Sequence record: LR745206.1
DNA: 64,000 bases
Strand: one strand, 5' to 3'
Below the pieces are notes generated by a model. The model saw nothing but the letters and a program-made list of their open reading frames with translations. It did no database searches and was not told where the DNA came from. Shown one piece after another: positions 38,345 to 48,060 of this stretch (position 1 is the first letter of the stretch; every line of letters starts with the position of its first letter). Made by a program: the position numbers and the translations under genes.

Positions 38345-38653
38345 TTATTTAATGGTTTCCCATATTGATACAGGATCACCTTTTTCTTTAACTTTGAATA
38401 CACTTTTGAATGTTGATTTATATACTTTAACCTCTTGACCACTAACTGAGTGTGAGAACTTCTCAACAGATTTGAAATCATCTGTCCCAAAAGAATATAA
38501 AGATTTAAATTTCTTATCCTTTTCACCTTTTAGGTTTATACGATCTATCACATAACAAAATGAATTAGAGTTTTTAACCCCGGTATAGAACCGAGTCATT
38601 ACTAATCTTCTTTTAGAATCTACCTTTGGTGTGAATGTCTTGAATTTGCTCAT
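38345..38653 (-). CDS. basic hypothetical protein
   Basis: Start moved to MSKFKT, downstream of TATATTTG. Confidence 0.65.
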   Translation of the reverse strand: MSKFKTFTPKVDSKRRLVMTRFYTGVKNSNSFCYVIDRINLKGEKDKKFKSLYSFGTDDFKSVEKFSHSVSGQEVKVYKSTFKSVFKVKEKGDPVSIWETIK

Positions 38654-38701
38654 AGTTAGTATTTTAAACAAATATACGAAAAATATTTTAATATATAATT
38701 A

Positions 38702-38896
38702 ATGAAAGTAAAACTAAAAGAATTCTTTGGTAGATTTGATGCTATTAATGGATGGAAAAATGGATGTGGGGCTAAACAAGGTGATAAGTATGTTATTGAG
38801 TTTAGACTTGGTAAACTAACTGTTATTCAAATAAGACTTGATCTAAATAAAGAGGTAAGACTTACGTTGTTTAATTTTGCTATATCATTCAAATGA
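38702..38896 (+). CDS. small hypothetical protein
   Basis: TAATATATA at 38689-38697. Confidence 0.65.
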   Translation: MKVKLKEFFGRFDAINGWKNGCGAKQGDKYVIEFRLGKLTVIQIRLDLNKEVRLTLFNFAISFK

Positions 38897-39214
38897 TAAT
38901 TTATCATTGAGTATTTGTATAAGTTCTTTTTGATAATATTTATAAATGTCTTTTATATCTAGGACTGATAGTTTATTATTGTATCTACTTCCTATATTAT
39001 CAACTATAATTTTTTTGTGTTTATTTTCCATCACATAGATATTATCTGACCATTCCAACATCCATTCTTCTAATAGAGTTGTTCCTTCTTTATTACAAAT
39101 TTTGTGATTTGTACCAGCAGACATAAATGATATCTCTGGATACTTCAAAGAGAAGTAATCATCAGCGGTTTTTGACCGTTGTTTATTAGCTGAGCATATA
39201 AATAAAACATTCAT
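38885..39214 (-). CDS. low-molecular-weight phosphatase-like protein
   Basis: NVLFICSANKQRSKTA (CX5R P-loop), SAGT, IYVME. Confidence 0.85.
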   Translation of the reverse strand: MNVLFICSANKQRSKTADDYFSLKYPEISFMSAGTNHKICNKEGTTLLEEWMLEWSDNIYVMENKHKKIIVDNIGSRYNNKLSVLDIKDIYKYYQKELIQILNDKLSFE

Positions 39215-39765
39215 TATTCAATACAACATTTTTTATATTTCTTACCTGATCCACAAGGACAAGTAACATTTCTTTCTATTTTAATATTCTTAATATCAAC
39301 ATTACCTTCTCGGACATCTTCTTCTATACCGTTAAGATGATTAATTTCATGTTGCCAAACTTGAGCTTCGAATCCGGTCACCTCAATCTCCTTCATTTCA
39401 CCATCAGATGTGTGATACTCAACAATAATCCTATGATTTCTTTCAGCTACTATTGTTTTCCCTATCCAGGTCAAACAACCTTCTGATTTAGTCCTAACCA
39501 TACCCAATTTTTGTTTTATTATCGGGTTTATTATTATAGACCATTCGTTGGTATTTAAATCCATTTTACCAAACATCCTTTTCATTATTCTTTCACCATT
39601 CAATGATGCTTGATTAGCGGCTAACCCAGCCGCATTGGGTAGTGTTTTAACATAGTTTAAGAACGAATCGATTAGTTCCTTGTTTTCTGAAATAAAGTCT
39701 CTTACATCAGTTATTTCAGGAACCGATGGTGTTTGTTCATCTTTGATTATATCAAAATTATTCAT
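39214..39765 (-). CDS. def: peptide deformylase with C-terminal SEC-C motif
   Basis: GLAANQ, EGCL, QHEINHLNG; CPCGSGKKYKKCC. Confidence 0.93.
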   Translation of the reverse strand: MNNFDIIKDEQTPSVPEITDVRDFISENKELIDSFLNYVKTLPNAAGLAANQASLNGERIMKRMFGKMDLNTNEWSIIINPIIKQKLGMVRTKSEGCLTWIGKTIVAERNHRIIVEYHTSDGEMKEIEVTGFEAQVWQHEINHLNGIEEDVREGNVDIKNIKIERNVTCPCGSGKKYKKCCIE

Positions 39766-40135
39766 CTAATATTTTTTTAATTTTACTATCTCTCAATTTT
39801 TGAGAATTGCTATCATACCATATAATTCTACTAGTTGGTACCCAATCATTATGTCCCCAATATCTTAGTATTTTGGATTGATCCTGTTCAGACCTTCTAT
39901 CTGGTATAACTTTGTGTAATTTTATTTTAGTTCTATCACCAGCAGTATCTAATTCCTCAACTTCAAATACAGCATACATTGATTGATAATCATTATCATA
40001 TCTGATAATACCCATACGACCAGTTCCTTCATTAAGTGTTTCACTTATGAAGGTTTTGTACCTTTTTTTACCCATCTTATATCCAAATATAAAAAGTATA
40101 GGTAGTAAAGTTAATAATATTATTTGTAAAATCAT
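39758..40135 (-). CDS. membrane-anchored protein, C-tag
   Basis: N-terminal TM; LRDSKIKKILDE. Confidence 0.7.
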   Translation of the reverse strand: MILQIILLTLLPILFIFGYKMGKKRYKTFISETLNEGTGRMGIIRYDNDYQSMYAVFEVEELDTAGDRTKIKLHKVIPDRRSEQDQSKILRYWGHNDWVPTSRIIWYDSNSQKLRDSKIKKILDE

Positions 40136-40746
40136 TATGCTAATTCTAAAGCTGGTTGAATTTTCTCTTTAATAACATCAATCAATACTTTGTGTGTATC
40201 TGTTAATGTTCTATTGTTTTCTAGAGCATCTACGATATTTTTTGTTTGGTATGAATATTTAACCGCCCATTTAATATCAGAATTTTTACCACTGTCAATT
40301 TTTGATTGAACATCTGATAAGTTATGAATTCTATCTGATAGTTTGATAACAAGACCCCAGGTGGACATATTAGACATCTTATTAATTAAGTATTGCTCTT
40401 TTCCATATTGCTCTAACCCTTTTGGATCCGATGTAAGTTCTTCTACTAGAGAAGCTATTAAATCACCAAATTCGTCTCTAATTACGTCTATTGTTACCCA
40501 ATCTACGTCCTCAACGGTATCATGTAACATACAAACCGCTACTAATACCGCTATCTTATGTGATTTCTTATATTTATGTACAATTTTACCAACAGCAACT
40601 GGGTGAGTTATATACTCTAACCTATTACCATTCTCGTCTTTACCTTTACGATAAACACCTTTATGCGCATTTGTCGCGAAAACTCTAGCTCTCTTAACTA
40701 AAGAAACAAAGTCTGTGAATCGTGATATGTCATTATTGTTGTTCAT
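40135..40746 (-). CDS. HD-domain small alarmone hydrolase (SpoT/Mesh1-like)
   Basis: YITHPVAV, LHDTVED, IKLSDRIHNL; no synthetase domain; start moved to MNNNND. Confidence 0.88.
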   Translation of the reverse strand: MNNNNDISRFTDFVSLVKRARVFATNAHKGVYRKGKDENGNRLEYITHPVAVGKIVHKYKKSHKIAVLVAVCMLHDTVEDVDWVTIDVIRDEFGDLIASLVEELTSDPKGLEQYGKEQYLINKMSNMSTWGLVIKLSDRIHNLSDVQSKIDSGKNSDIKWAVKYSYQTKNIVDALENNRTLTDTHKVLIDVIKEKIQPALELA

Positions 40747-40769
40747 GTTACAAATATACGAATTTTTAA

Positions 40770-41483
40770 TCAATTAATGGAATTATATTTAAAATATTTA
40801 ACTACCATTTCGTGCTCTGGTTGATTAGTTTTAATATAATCTTCTTGTATTGAGTTATTAATTATAACATTCATTTTTTTACCCCTGAACTGACTTATTG
40901 TTTTTTCATCATTTATGGTTCTAACAACCCTATCATTAAATAGTATCTTTATTTCACTTTCTGTCCAAACACATCCATATTTATTAAATGTTTTATTAGG
41001 TCTCTTCCAACCCAACCAATGTGATTTAGCACCCATCATATAATTATTTGGGGAATTTCCAAGATGTATATTTGAATTAACTGCCCAGAATTTACCAATA
41101 AGCGAACGAAGTGACCAGTTAAAATAACTTCCCTTTTTATTACTGTAACCTTCGAATACATCTATCTCTGGTGGCCATGAATCAAACGACCACATCCAAA
41201 AAGCTGGCCAAGTATATGGACCACTTGGTAACTTAGCAACTATTTCAAATTTACCATATCCAAATTCGGTAGTGCAAGATATCAATCCCGTACCAATTGG
41301 TATTTCGATGTTTCCCTTATCAGTAATAAAAAAATTAGGATTTGGTCTTGTTTTTAGTCTAAGTGTTTGATCAGTATCAATCACTACTGCTGATGGATCA
41401 TACCATACAATTGGTTTGTCTGGATGGAATTGTCCCCATCTTTCATTTGTCAACCATTCATAACCTTGCCATTTAATATTCAT
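40770..41483 (-). CDS. glycoside hydrolase family 16
   Basis: GYGKFE, WPAFWM, EIDVFE catalytic motif. Confidence 0.85.
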   Translation of the reverse strand: MNIKWQGYEWLTNERWGQFHPDKPIVWYDPSAVVIDTDQTLRLKTRPNPNFFITDKGNIEIPIGTGLISCTTEFGYGKFEIVAKLPSGPYTWPAFWMWSFDSWPPEIDVFEGYSNKKGSYFNWSLRSLIGKFWAVNSNIHLGNSPNNYMMGAKSHWLGWKRPNKTFNKYGCVWTESEIKILFNDRVVRTINDEKTISQFRGKKMNVIINNSIQEDYIKTNQPEHEMVVKYFKYNSIN

Positions 41484-41521
41484 TTATTTGGTTTTCTTTT
41501 TATTTATTAAAAAGCAAAAAC

Positions 41522-41878
41522 CTAAAATGTTATAGTTATGACAAGACCTGTTGATAGTAGAATTACACCCCCAAGAACGGCAGATGCTCTTGCTGGATTT
41601 TCAAAGAATTTTTTATCTGGTCCATTAAGTCCATACTGTTCGGTTGATGTTAATAAACCACCAATTAAAAATCCAGCACCAGCCACCATCATACCTGGTC
41701 CGAGATCGTTATTACCTTTACTAGTTTTATACCCATATGTTGGTGAGTTTGATACGAGATTAACTTTTTCTAAGTTTAAGTTTATTGTTGGTTCATTTAA
41801 ACTTGCAAATAACTGGTTATCTTGAGCACTAAGTGACATTGATACCAGTAGTAATAATACGGTAATTAATTTTTTCAT
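41522..41878 (-). CDS. exported/membrane protein
   Basis: Signal peptide plus two hydrophobic segments. Confidence 0.65.
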   Translation of the reverse strand: MKKLITVLLLLVSMSLSAQDNQLFASLNEPTINLNLEKVNLVSNSPTYGYKTSKGNNDLGPGMMVAGAGFLIGGLLTSTEQYGLNGPDKKFFENPARASAVLGGVILLSTGLVITITF

Positions 41879-41890
41879 ATATCTAAAGTT

Positions 41891-41989
41891 TTATTGTTTC
41901 TTGTTGTTTCTACTTATTCTTATTTTGTCAATTGCTATTGTTAATATGACAATACTTAGAATACAAACTATTATAATTCCAGGATTCAT
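41891..41989 (-). CDS. small membrane peptide (32 aa)
   Basis: Hand-translated MNPGIIIVCILSIVILTIAIDKIRISRNNKKQ*. Confidence 0.45.
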   Translation of the reverse strand: MNPGIIIVCILSIVILTIAIDKIRISRNNKKQ

Positions 41990-41992
41990 AAT

Positions 41993-42223
41993 TTAATCTT
42001 TTAATATTTTGTCTATTTTTTCATTTCGTTTACAAGACTTACAACATATCATATTTTCTAAATAATCATTGTATATATCTCCACACCTATCACATTTTTT
42101 AGCGAATGCGCTAATATAATCTGGTGGTATAATACCATCTTCATAATCCGTGTTATTATATTTTCTAACCATTAGATAGTTCAAATTGATAAACACATTG
42201 TTTATCACCATTTTTGTTTCCAA
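41993..42223 (-). CDS. Zn-ribbon protein, C-tag
   Basis: CDRC..CKSC; KRNEKIDKILKD. Confidence 0.65.
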   Translation of the reverse strand: METKMVINNVFINLNYLMVRKYNNTDYEDGIIPPDYISAFAKKCDRCGDIYNDYLENMICCKSCKRNEKIDKILKD

Positions 42224-42407
42224 CTAAATAATCATGTCTGCCCGTTTCGATTATAATAACCTCTTCTCCAGTTTTATATTTGGTGTTGGTTAATTTGTAA
42301 AAATTTATCTTACATTTATCACCAATTTTATATCTTCTCTGTAATGGTGATGTATATCCATGATTATTATCTAATTTACTTAGTAGTGACCAAAGTATTC
42401 TTTTCAT
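42165..42407 (-). CDS. hypothetical protein
   Basis: YKIGDK / YKTGEEV SH3-like; TATATTTG upstream. Confidence 0.6.
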   Translation of the reverse strand: MKRILWSLLSKLDNNHGYTSPLQRRYKIGDKCKINFYKLTNTKYKTGEEVIIIETGRHDYLVGNKNGDKQCVYQFELSNG

Positions 42408-42492
42408 TATTTTACGGTATTAATTACAAATATATGGAAAAAATATTACAATTCAAAATTTATATGTGATATATAAAAGAAAAAAATAATAA

Positions 42493-42648
42493 ATGGGTAC
42501 AATTAAATTTTTAGAAGGTAAAATAGTTACGGAAAATGAGGGTGTTAAAGAAACTTGGATAATGTTAGGAGAAAAAACTAATAAATTTATAAAATATAAT
42601 GGTATTACATATCACCTAAAACAAACAAAGATAGAAGAATCTGAGTAA
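42493..42648 (+). CDS. small hypothetical protein (51 aa)
   Basis: Hand-translated MGTIKFLEGK...; GATATATA upstream. Confidence 0.5.
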   Translation: MGTIKFLEGKIVTENEGVKETWIMLGEKTNKFIKYNGITYHLKQTKIEESE

Positions 42649-42654
42649 GTAAAC

Positions 42655-44333
42655 TTACTCAGAAATATATTTCTTCTTTACACTACCATCCTCATAGATT
42701 TCAAATATTAAACCTTTTTGGTATTCATCTACTTCTTGTCCTAAAGTATTAACTCTTTTTACTAATGGTGAATTGAATTCTCCTGATACATTTATTGCAA
42801 TAGTATTGAATGTTTCTCTTTCACCATTAAAATCTGTTTGTGACAATCTATAATAAACTACACCAGATCTTACATTAAAATCTTTATATCTATATTCTAA
42901 TGTTGATGATGAATTACCAGCACCTTTTATATTAGTAATATTCGTCCAATTATAACCATTATATGACTTCTCTAATGTATAGAAATCATTATTTAATTCT
43001 GATGCTGATACCCATTTTACCAATAGAATTGATATCATTTGATGGTGTATTGAATAAATTACAAACTCCATATATTGATATATGAAATACACCCAATATT
43101 AACTATTTGTGAATATGTTTTTACACAACCAACAGCATCAGTTACGGTTAGTGAGACTGTATATGTTCCAGTTGTAGCGTATGTATATGAAGTTAATGCA
43201 CCATTTGTTGACGTATTCCCGTCTCCAAAGTTCCATAAATATGTGGAATTTGGGCCTGTGTAAAACGGAGCTCTATTTAATGTTAAAATCATACAGGTTG
43301 CATCAAGTGATGTTGTGAAATCTGCTGGTTGTCCCATAACAGAAGTTCCTCCAAATGTAACACTAAATCCATTATTTGATGCTGAATAATTATCTATTAA
43401 AATTGTATATGTTTGAGCAACTAAATTTATAGTATTGGACCATTGAAATGGTCCGGGAGCACAAGTTCCAGGACCAGGCGGGTTATTGTTTTGCCATAAT
43501 CCAGCTCCTAAACCACCAGCACTTCCAAAGCTAGTAACTGGGTTAGTTGCAATTCCTGTTGTACCAGCACACCCACTCCAATTACATGAAAGTGGTGCTC
43601 CTAATGTAGTTCCACTAGTATAACAACCAGTTGTTGTGTTCCATAAAGCAAAATCATAATCATTTGTATAAGTTACTGGATTTATCATAAACACGAATGT
43701 TCCACTAACACCTACTGTGAATTTATACCATTTAGATTGTTGTTCATTGGCACCAAAACATGAATTTGTTGAGATATTTTCAGCAACCCCTATCCCAGAA
43801 AACATACCTTGTGAGAATGATGAATTATCACACAATACTGCTGAATTAGTACAATCTTGTCCAGGTACAGGTGGTGGGGTTGTGTTGGTAACACAAGTTG
43901 TGAATGTCCCAAGTGATCCTGTATTTGAAATAGTATAATAATATGTTGCTCCTATTGTTAGGTTGTTAGATACCATACCAACTAATGGACTTGCCCCACA
44001 TAAGCTACCTTCAAGTGTTAAACCAGAACAAGGTCCGGTAGATTCAACTAGTATGAATTCAATATTACCAGTCATTGTTCCGTTTGTAACATTAATATTT
44101 AATTGTGTACCAGTTGCTACGAAAGAAAACCAAACCTCTTGGTTATTACCAGCACATCCTACGGTACCTACCCAGTTATCAGCAGATCCTGCTGTTGTTG
44201 TTTGTGGTAGTCCAGGTCCATAACATGTTCCATTTGGATTTACACTAAAAGCTCCTGAACAAAAATCATTTGGTGGTTGCGCATAAATTACTGTTGATAT
44301 TAAAATCAACAACATAGTTAATAGTTTCTTCAT
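42655..44333 (-). pseudogene. secreted PKD/T9SS-type protein split by a micro-inversion at ~43017-43082
   Basis: Signal peptide, PPNDFC, WNFGDG; missing linker LPIELISFDG reads on the opposite strand; tail KRVNTLGQEV..IFEIYEDGSVKK. Confidence 0.8.
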
Positions 44334-44572
44334 TATTTCTCTTCTTTAATTGTAATCACTTTCTTTGGATAGATTATGATTGTTGTGTATATTGATAAAT
44401 TATAGTAAACCGTATCTGTTGGGATAGCCAATGTAGCAACTTTTACTGCAATGGTATCCATAGTCTCTTTAGTAAGTAGTTCTTCTACTTTTGTCTCTTG
44501 TTTAATCTCATAAGTTTGAGATTTTCCTATAAATGGAATCAAAAGAATAGATATTAATAATAATTTTTTCAT
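44333..44572 (-). CDS. small exported protein
   Basis: Signal peptide MKKLLLISILLIPFIGKS-Q. Confidence 0.65.
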   Translation of the reverse strand: MKKLLLISILLIPFIGKSQTYEIKQETKVEELLTKETMDTIAVKVATLAIPTDTVYYNLSIYTTIIIYPKKVITIKEEK

Positions 44573-44610
44573 AATAAATTTGTTTTTGTTATAGTATATA
44601 TCATTTATTT

Positions 44611-45174
44611 TTACATTGGTTTTATATCTCTTGATATTTTTAGTGAGTTGTCGAATGTGATGTGAGCATCTTCGGAGAGTGTTTTTGATAGTGTAACAAC
44701 ATCGTCTGGAATTGTAGTATTAGTTTTCTTCTCATGTTCTATGATGGATTTTAAATCATCAATTGAATTTAATGCTTTATTAAACTCATTTAATAGTATT
44801 ACCCAATCACTACCTGGTGATTTATGATCTATGAAGAATGCAATAGAGTCTGATGTTGTTAATATCTCTTCGAGTGCTATGAGTGATACCTTTAATATAC
44901 TTGAAGTATTATCACATATTGATAATATATTGTTTATAGAGGCTACATCATAACACAATTTAAGAATTTCTTTAGCGTTTTTTTCTATCTCTATCTCTTG
45001 GAATGGGCTAATTTTTCGATCATTTTTTGATCTAACCTCAATATCATATTTATCAAACAACGCTTTTATTGTTTTGTGTTTTGTAGCTGGATTATCTTTT
45101 GGTTCCATGTCCTCTATGAGGTGTAGAACTTCTAACCATAGAAACTTTTTGTCTATCTCTTCTTTATTCTCCAT
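44611..45174 (-). CDS. hypothetical protein
   Basis: 187 aa; TATATTTG upstream. Confidence 0.7.
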   Translation of the reverse strand: MENKEEIDKKFLWLEVLHLIEDMEPKDNPATKHKTIKALFDKYDIEVRSKNDRKISPFQEIEIEKNAKEILKLCYDVASINNILSICDNTSSILKVSLIALEEILTTSDSIAFFIDHKSPGSDWVILLNEFNKALNSIDDLKSIIEHEKKTNTTIPDDVVTLSKTLSEDAHITFDNSLKISRDIKPM

Positions 45175-45252
45175 TAATTTAAAATATTTGTATCATCACA
45201 AATATAAGTAAAATATTTACACTATTGGAATATAATATATAATTTATTAAAA

Positions 45253-45516
45253 ATGAAAATGAAAATGAAATATTTAAAAAGTTTTAATGAAGATGTTATT
45301 GATGGTAATGTTATAGAACCATCTTCAACAATGATAGATAATAATTTAGATACGAGTGAGGAAAATCCACTTGATACTGAATTAGAAAATCAAGATGAAC
45401 AATTCAGTATATTCAATGATATAGAATCTGATATTGATAACATGGATCCTTCTGATGCTAAAGATTATCTAAAAAGTATAATCGTGTTCTGTAATCAGAA
45501 GATTAATGATATTTAA
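45253..45516 (+). CDS. acidic protein, N-tag
   Basis: (MKMK)MKYLKSFNED; TAATATATA at 45233-45241. Confidence 0.75.
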   Translation: MKMKMKYLKSFNEDVIDGNVIEPSSTMIDNNLDTSEENPLDTELENQDEQFSIFNDIESDIDNMDPSDAKDYLKSIIVFCNQKINDI

Positions 45517-45908
45517 TTTAAAATATCATTAATCTTACTATCTCTTAGTATCTTCTTCGAAACGGGAATATCCCAACCTGGTTGACTATTATCGATAACC
45601 ATTTTCTTACAAGCTCTGTATAATTTCCACTTTTTTATAATACCTAATCCACTAATCTTAAATTCACTTGTGAATTCTGGTAATTTTCCAGGTTTCGTAA
45701 AAGTCATTTTACGTGGTACTTTTATATCACAACAAGGAAATCCATTAGCTAACCAAATAACCACACCAATTTCTTTATTTTCTATTTCATATGGAATACC
45801 AACACCTTTGCTATGTGTGTGATAATGGTCACTATATGTCCAATCTTCTGGTGATTGTTTGAGTGATTTGTATATCAGTTCATATAGATCACTGGTTGTA
45901 AGTTTCAT
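45513..45908 (-). CDS. hypothetical protein, C-tag
   Basis: Ends LRDSKINDILN. Confidence 0.7.
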   Translation of the reverse strand: MKLTTSDLYELIYKSLKQSPEDWTYSDHYHTHSKGVGIPYEIENKEIGVVIWLANGFPCCDIKVPRKMTFTKPGKLPEFTSEFKISGLGIIKKWKLYRACKKMVIDNSQPGWDIPVSKKILRDSKINDILN

Positions 45909-45925
45909 CTTATTAAATTTAAAGA

Positions 45926-47752
45926 TTAATAAATTTTAATTGATTTATCAATATCGTTATTGAATATTCTGATTATAGAAATCTGACCTGGTCTATTAAC
46001 TCTATATCCTGATTTTATATTCACATTACTATCACTAAGTATCACTTGACCCAACATATTATAGATAACAACATTAACTGTCTCTGATTGGTTTGACTTT
46101 ATAATAATTTGATCATTATCATATAACACTTTTATACTATCATCGTTGTTTATTTCCGCCACATTTACCGAACTACCAGCAAATAGGTGAATTATGAATC
46201 TATTAGTATAATTTATGTTACTTCCTATAAATGGATATCCAGTTGTTAAAGTGCTTATTTGTGTCATACTATTATCAGATAAATCTTCAAGATAAAGGTC
46301 ATAATGTGGTTCCCATGTAACTAAATCATTGAAATATAAAGTTCCACTACCAATAGTATAAACAGGAATGGATGATGTGGAATCATTTATTGAATTTATT
46401 GAATACATTACTGTATCGGTGTAGAATTTTGAATAGATTCTAGAACCATCACCCATAAATTTATAAGCATCAAAATCTGAATTGAAACTGGAATTTGTTA
46501 AATCATTAGCTCTTATTATAATTTCATCATCACCAAGAGATACTCTTAGAATATTATCCAATGGGTTTGATGATTTTAATAGCGTTGTTGGGTTTGATGT
46601 TATTACTCTACTTTTTGATGTTAGTGAGGGTGAAGTATTATTGGTTTTTATATAAAATCCCTGAAATGTTGATATATACCTATCACCACCATTCACACCA
46701 ATACTACCAACATATGATGAATATGTTTGGTTACAAGTGTTGAATTCATAAATAGCGTTATCCACATTTGTTCTAACCCATCCAATATCATCCCAATCAA
46801 TAACACCTGGGTATGGGTTAGAAACTAGATTCCAACCATCTGATGTTATATCACCTGTGTTTGTGTATTGAATAGGGAAACTAAAAGTGCTTGTAAAATC
46901 GATTGTTCCTTTAGTTGCTACTTTCCATTTTTGTTGTATTGGTGGACCACTACTGTTGAACACTGTATCGGAATTCCAATACCAAAATCCGGTACCTCTA
47001 GCTAATGTCACATTTCCGTTTGGTGTTACCCAACCTTGTGCTGGTGTATTCCAATTTTCATCCCAAAGCCAAGTGTTTGTCCATCCGAAAGTTGGATAAT
47101 CAGAATTTGGAAAATTCGTATATATCATTTGTCCTGTAGCGCTATCAGCATACTCATTAAGTGTAGCATCAAAAGGTCCACCATATAATGACCAATTATT
47201 ACATCTATCTACCCATTGTTCGAAAATAAAACTACCTATGATATTGTCATTATTTCCTATACCAACTAATCTACCAGTGTATATAGAGTCACCAACGATT
47301 GTTAACATCCCACTAGTAACATCCAAAATACCATTTTTTATATCAAGATCATTTCTAACCCATATACTATCATTAACAAAAACAGTCTTATTCATCTGTA
47401 ATGTTAGATTAAAAAATTTTGTGTTACCAGTTAGTTGGTGATTTGTATTATTTCTGAAAAGAACTTCACCAGATGTATCTGTATATGTTCCATTTTTTAT
47501 CCAATCTCCATCAACTCTTAATTGATAACCACCATTAATTAAGGTTCCATTAATTGTAATATTTTTAAGCCTATCGTTTTGATTAAGTGTTATGGTATGA
47601 TTGATAATTGCGTTATCGTTGTTACCAGGTACACCGTTACTCCAATTAGAAGCATTGTTCCAGTTACCAGATGATACAGTTGTTGTGTTCGCTGAGAACA
47701 TTATACTTGGTATTAATAATACCAAGAATAGAAATGTTAGTATTTTCTTCAT
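45926..47752 (-). CDS. secreted protein with T9SS type A-like C-terminal domain
   Basis: Signal peptide; SSGNWNNASNWSNGVP; GWNLVSNPYPGVIDW; VIYNMLGQVI..KIY; TAATATATA at 47757-47765. Confidence 0.8.
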   Translation of the reverse strand: MKKILTFLFLVLLIPSIMFSANTTTVSSGNWNNASNWSNGVPGNNDNAIINHTITLNQNDRLKNITINGTLINGGYQLRVDGDWIKNGTYTDTSGEVLFRNNTNHQLTGNTKFFNLTLQMNKTVFVNDSIWVRNDLDIKNGILDVTSGMLTIVGDSIYTGRLVGIGNNDNIIGSFIFEQWVDRCNNWSLYGGPFDATLNEYADSATGQMIYTNFPNSDYPTFGWTNTWLWDENWNTPAQGWVTPNGNVTLARGTGFWYWNSDTVFNSSGPPIQQKWKVATKGTIDFTSTFSFPIQYTNTGDITSDGWNLVSNPYPGVIDWDDIGWVRTNVDNAIYEFNTCNQTYSSYVGSIGVNGGDRYISTFQGFYIKTNNTSPSLTSKSRVITSNPTTLLKSSNPLDNILRVSLGDDEIIIRANDLTNSSFNSDFDAYKFMGDGSRIYSKFYTDTVMYSINSINDSTSSIPVYTIGSGTLYFNDLVTWEPHYDLYLEDLSDNSMTQISTLTTGYPFIGSNINYTNRFIIHLFAGSSVNVAEINNDDSIKVLYDNDQIIIKSNQSETVNVVIYNMLGQVILSDSNVNIKSGYRVNRPGQISIIRIFNNDIDKSIKIY

Positions 47753-47755
47753 ATT

Positions 47756-47995
47756 TTATATATTAATAAATTTGTTGTATAATTTCTCATTTTTTCCACA
47801 CCAATAAACAAACTCTATAAATGTGTAATGTCTATGTGGGTGTGGTGATATAATAGATCGTCCTGTGATTATACACCAATGGTTCGAATATATATCATCA
47901 TTCACACGATTAAGTATTTTCAACTCTCTTGTGAACTTTGGTAACTTTAGATATTCTTCATATCCTGATTGTAATTTTTCCTCAAATTTATTCAT
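47756..47995 (-). CDS. hypothetical protein
   Basis: 79 aa; TATCTTTG upstream. Confidence 0.65.
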   Translation of the reverse strand: MNKFEEKLQSGYEEYLKLPKFTRELKILNRVNDDIYSNHWCIITGRSIISPHPHRHYTFIEFVYWCGKNEKLYNKFINI

Positions 47996-48030
47996 ATATA
48001 TTTTTTAATTTACAAAGATAAGGAAAAATA

Positions 48031-48060
48031 AAAAACCCACCATTTTTGGTGGGTTTTTTA
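48031..48060 (-). terminator. terminator after the release-factor gene
   Basis: AAAAACCCACCA/TGGTGGGTTTTT abutting the TAA stop. Confidence 0.85.
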
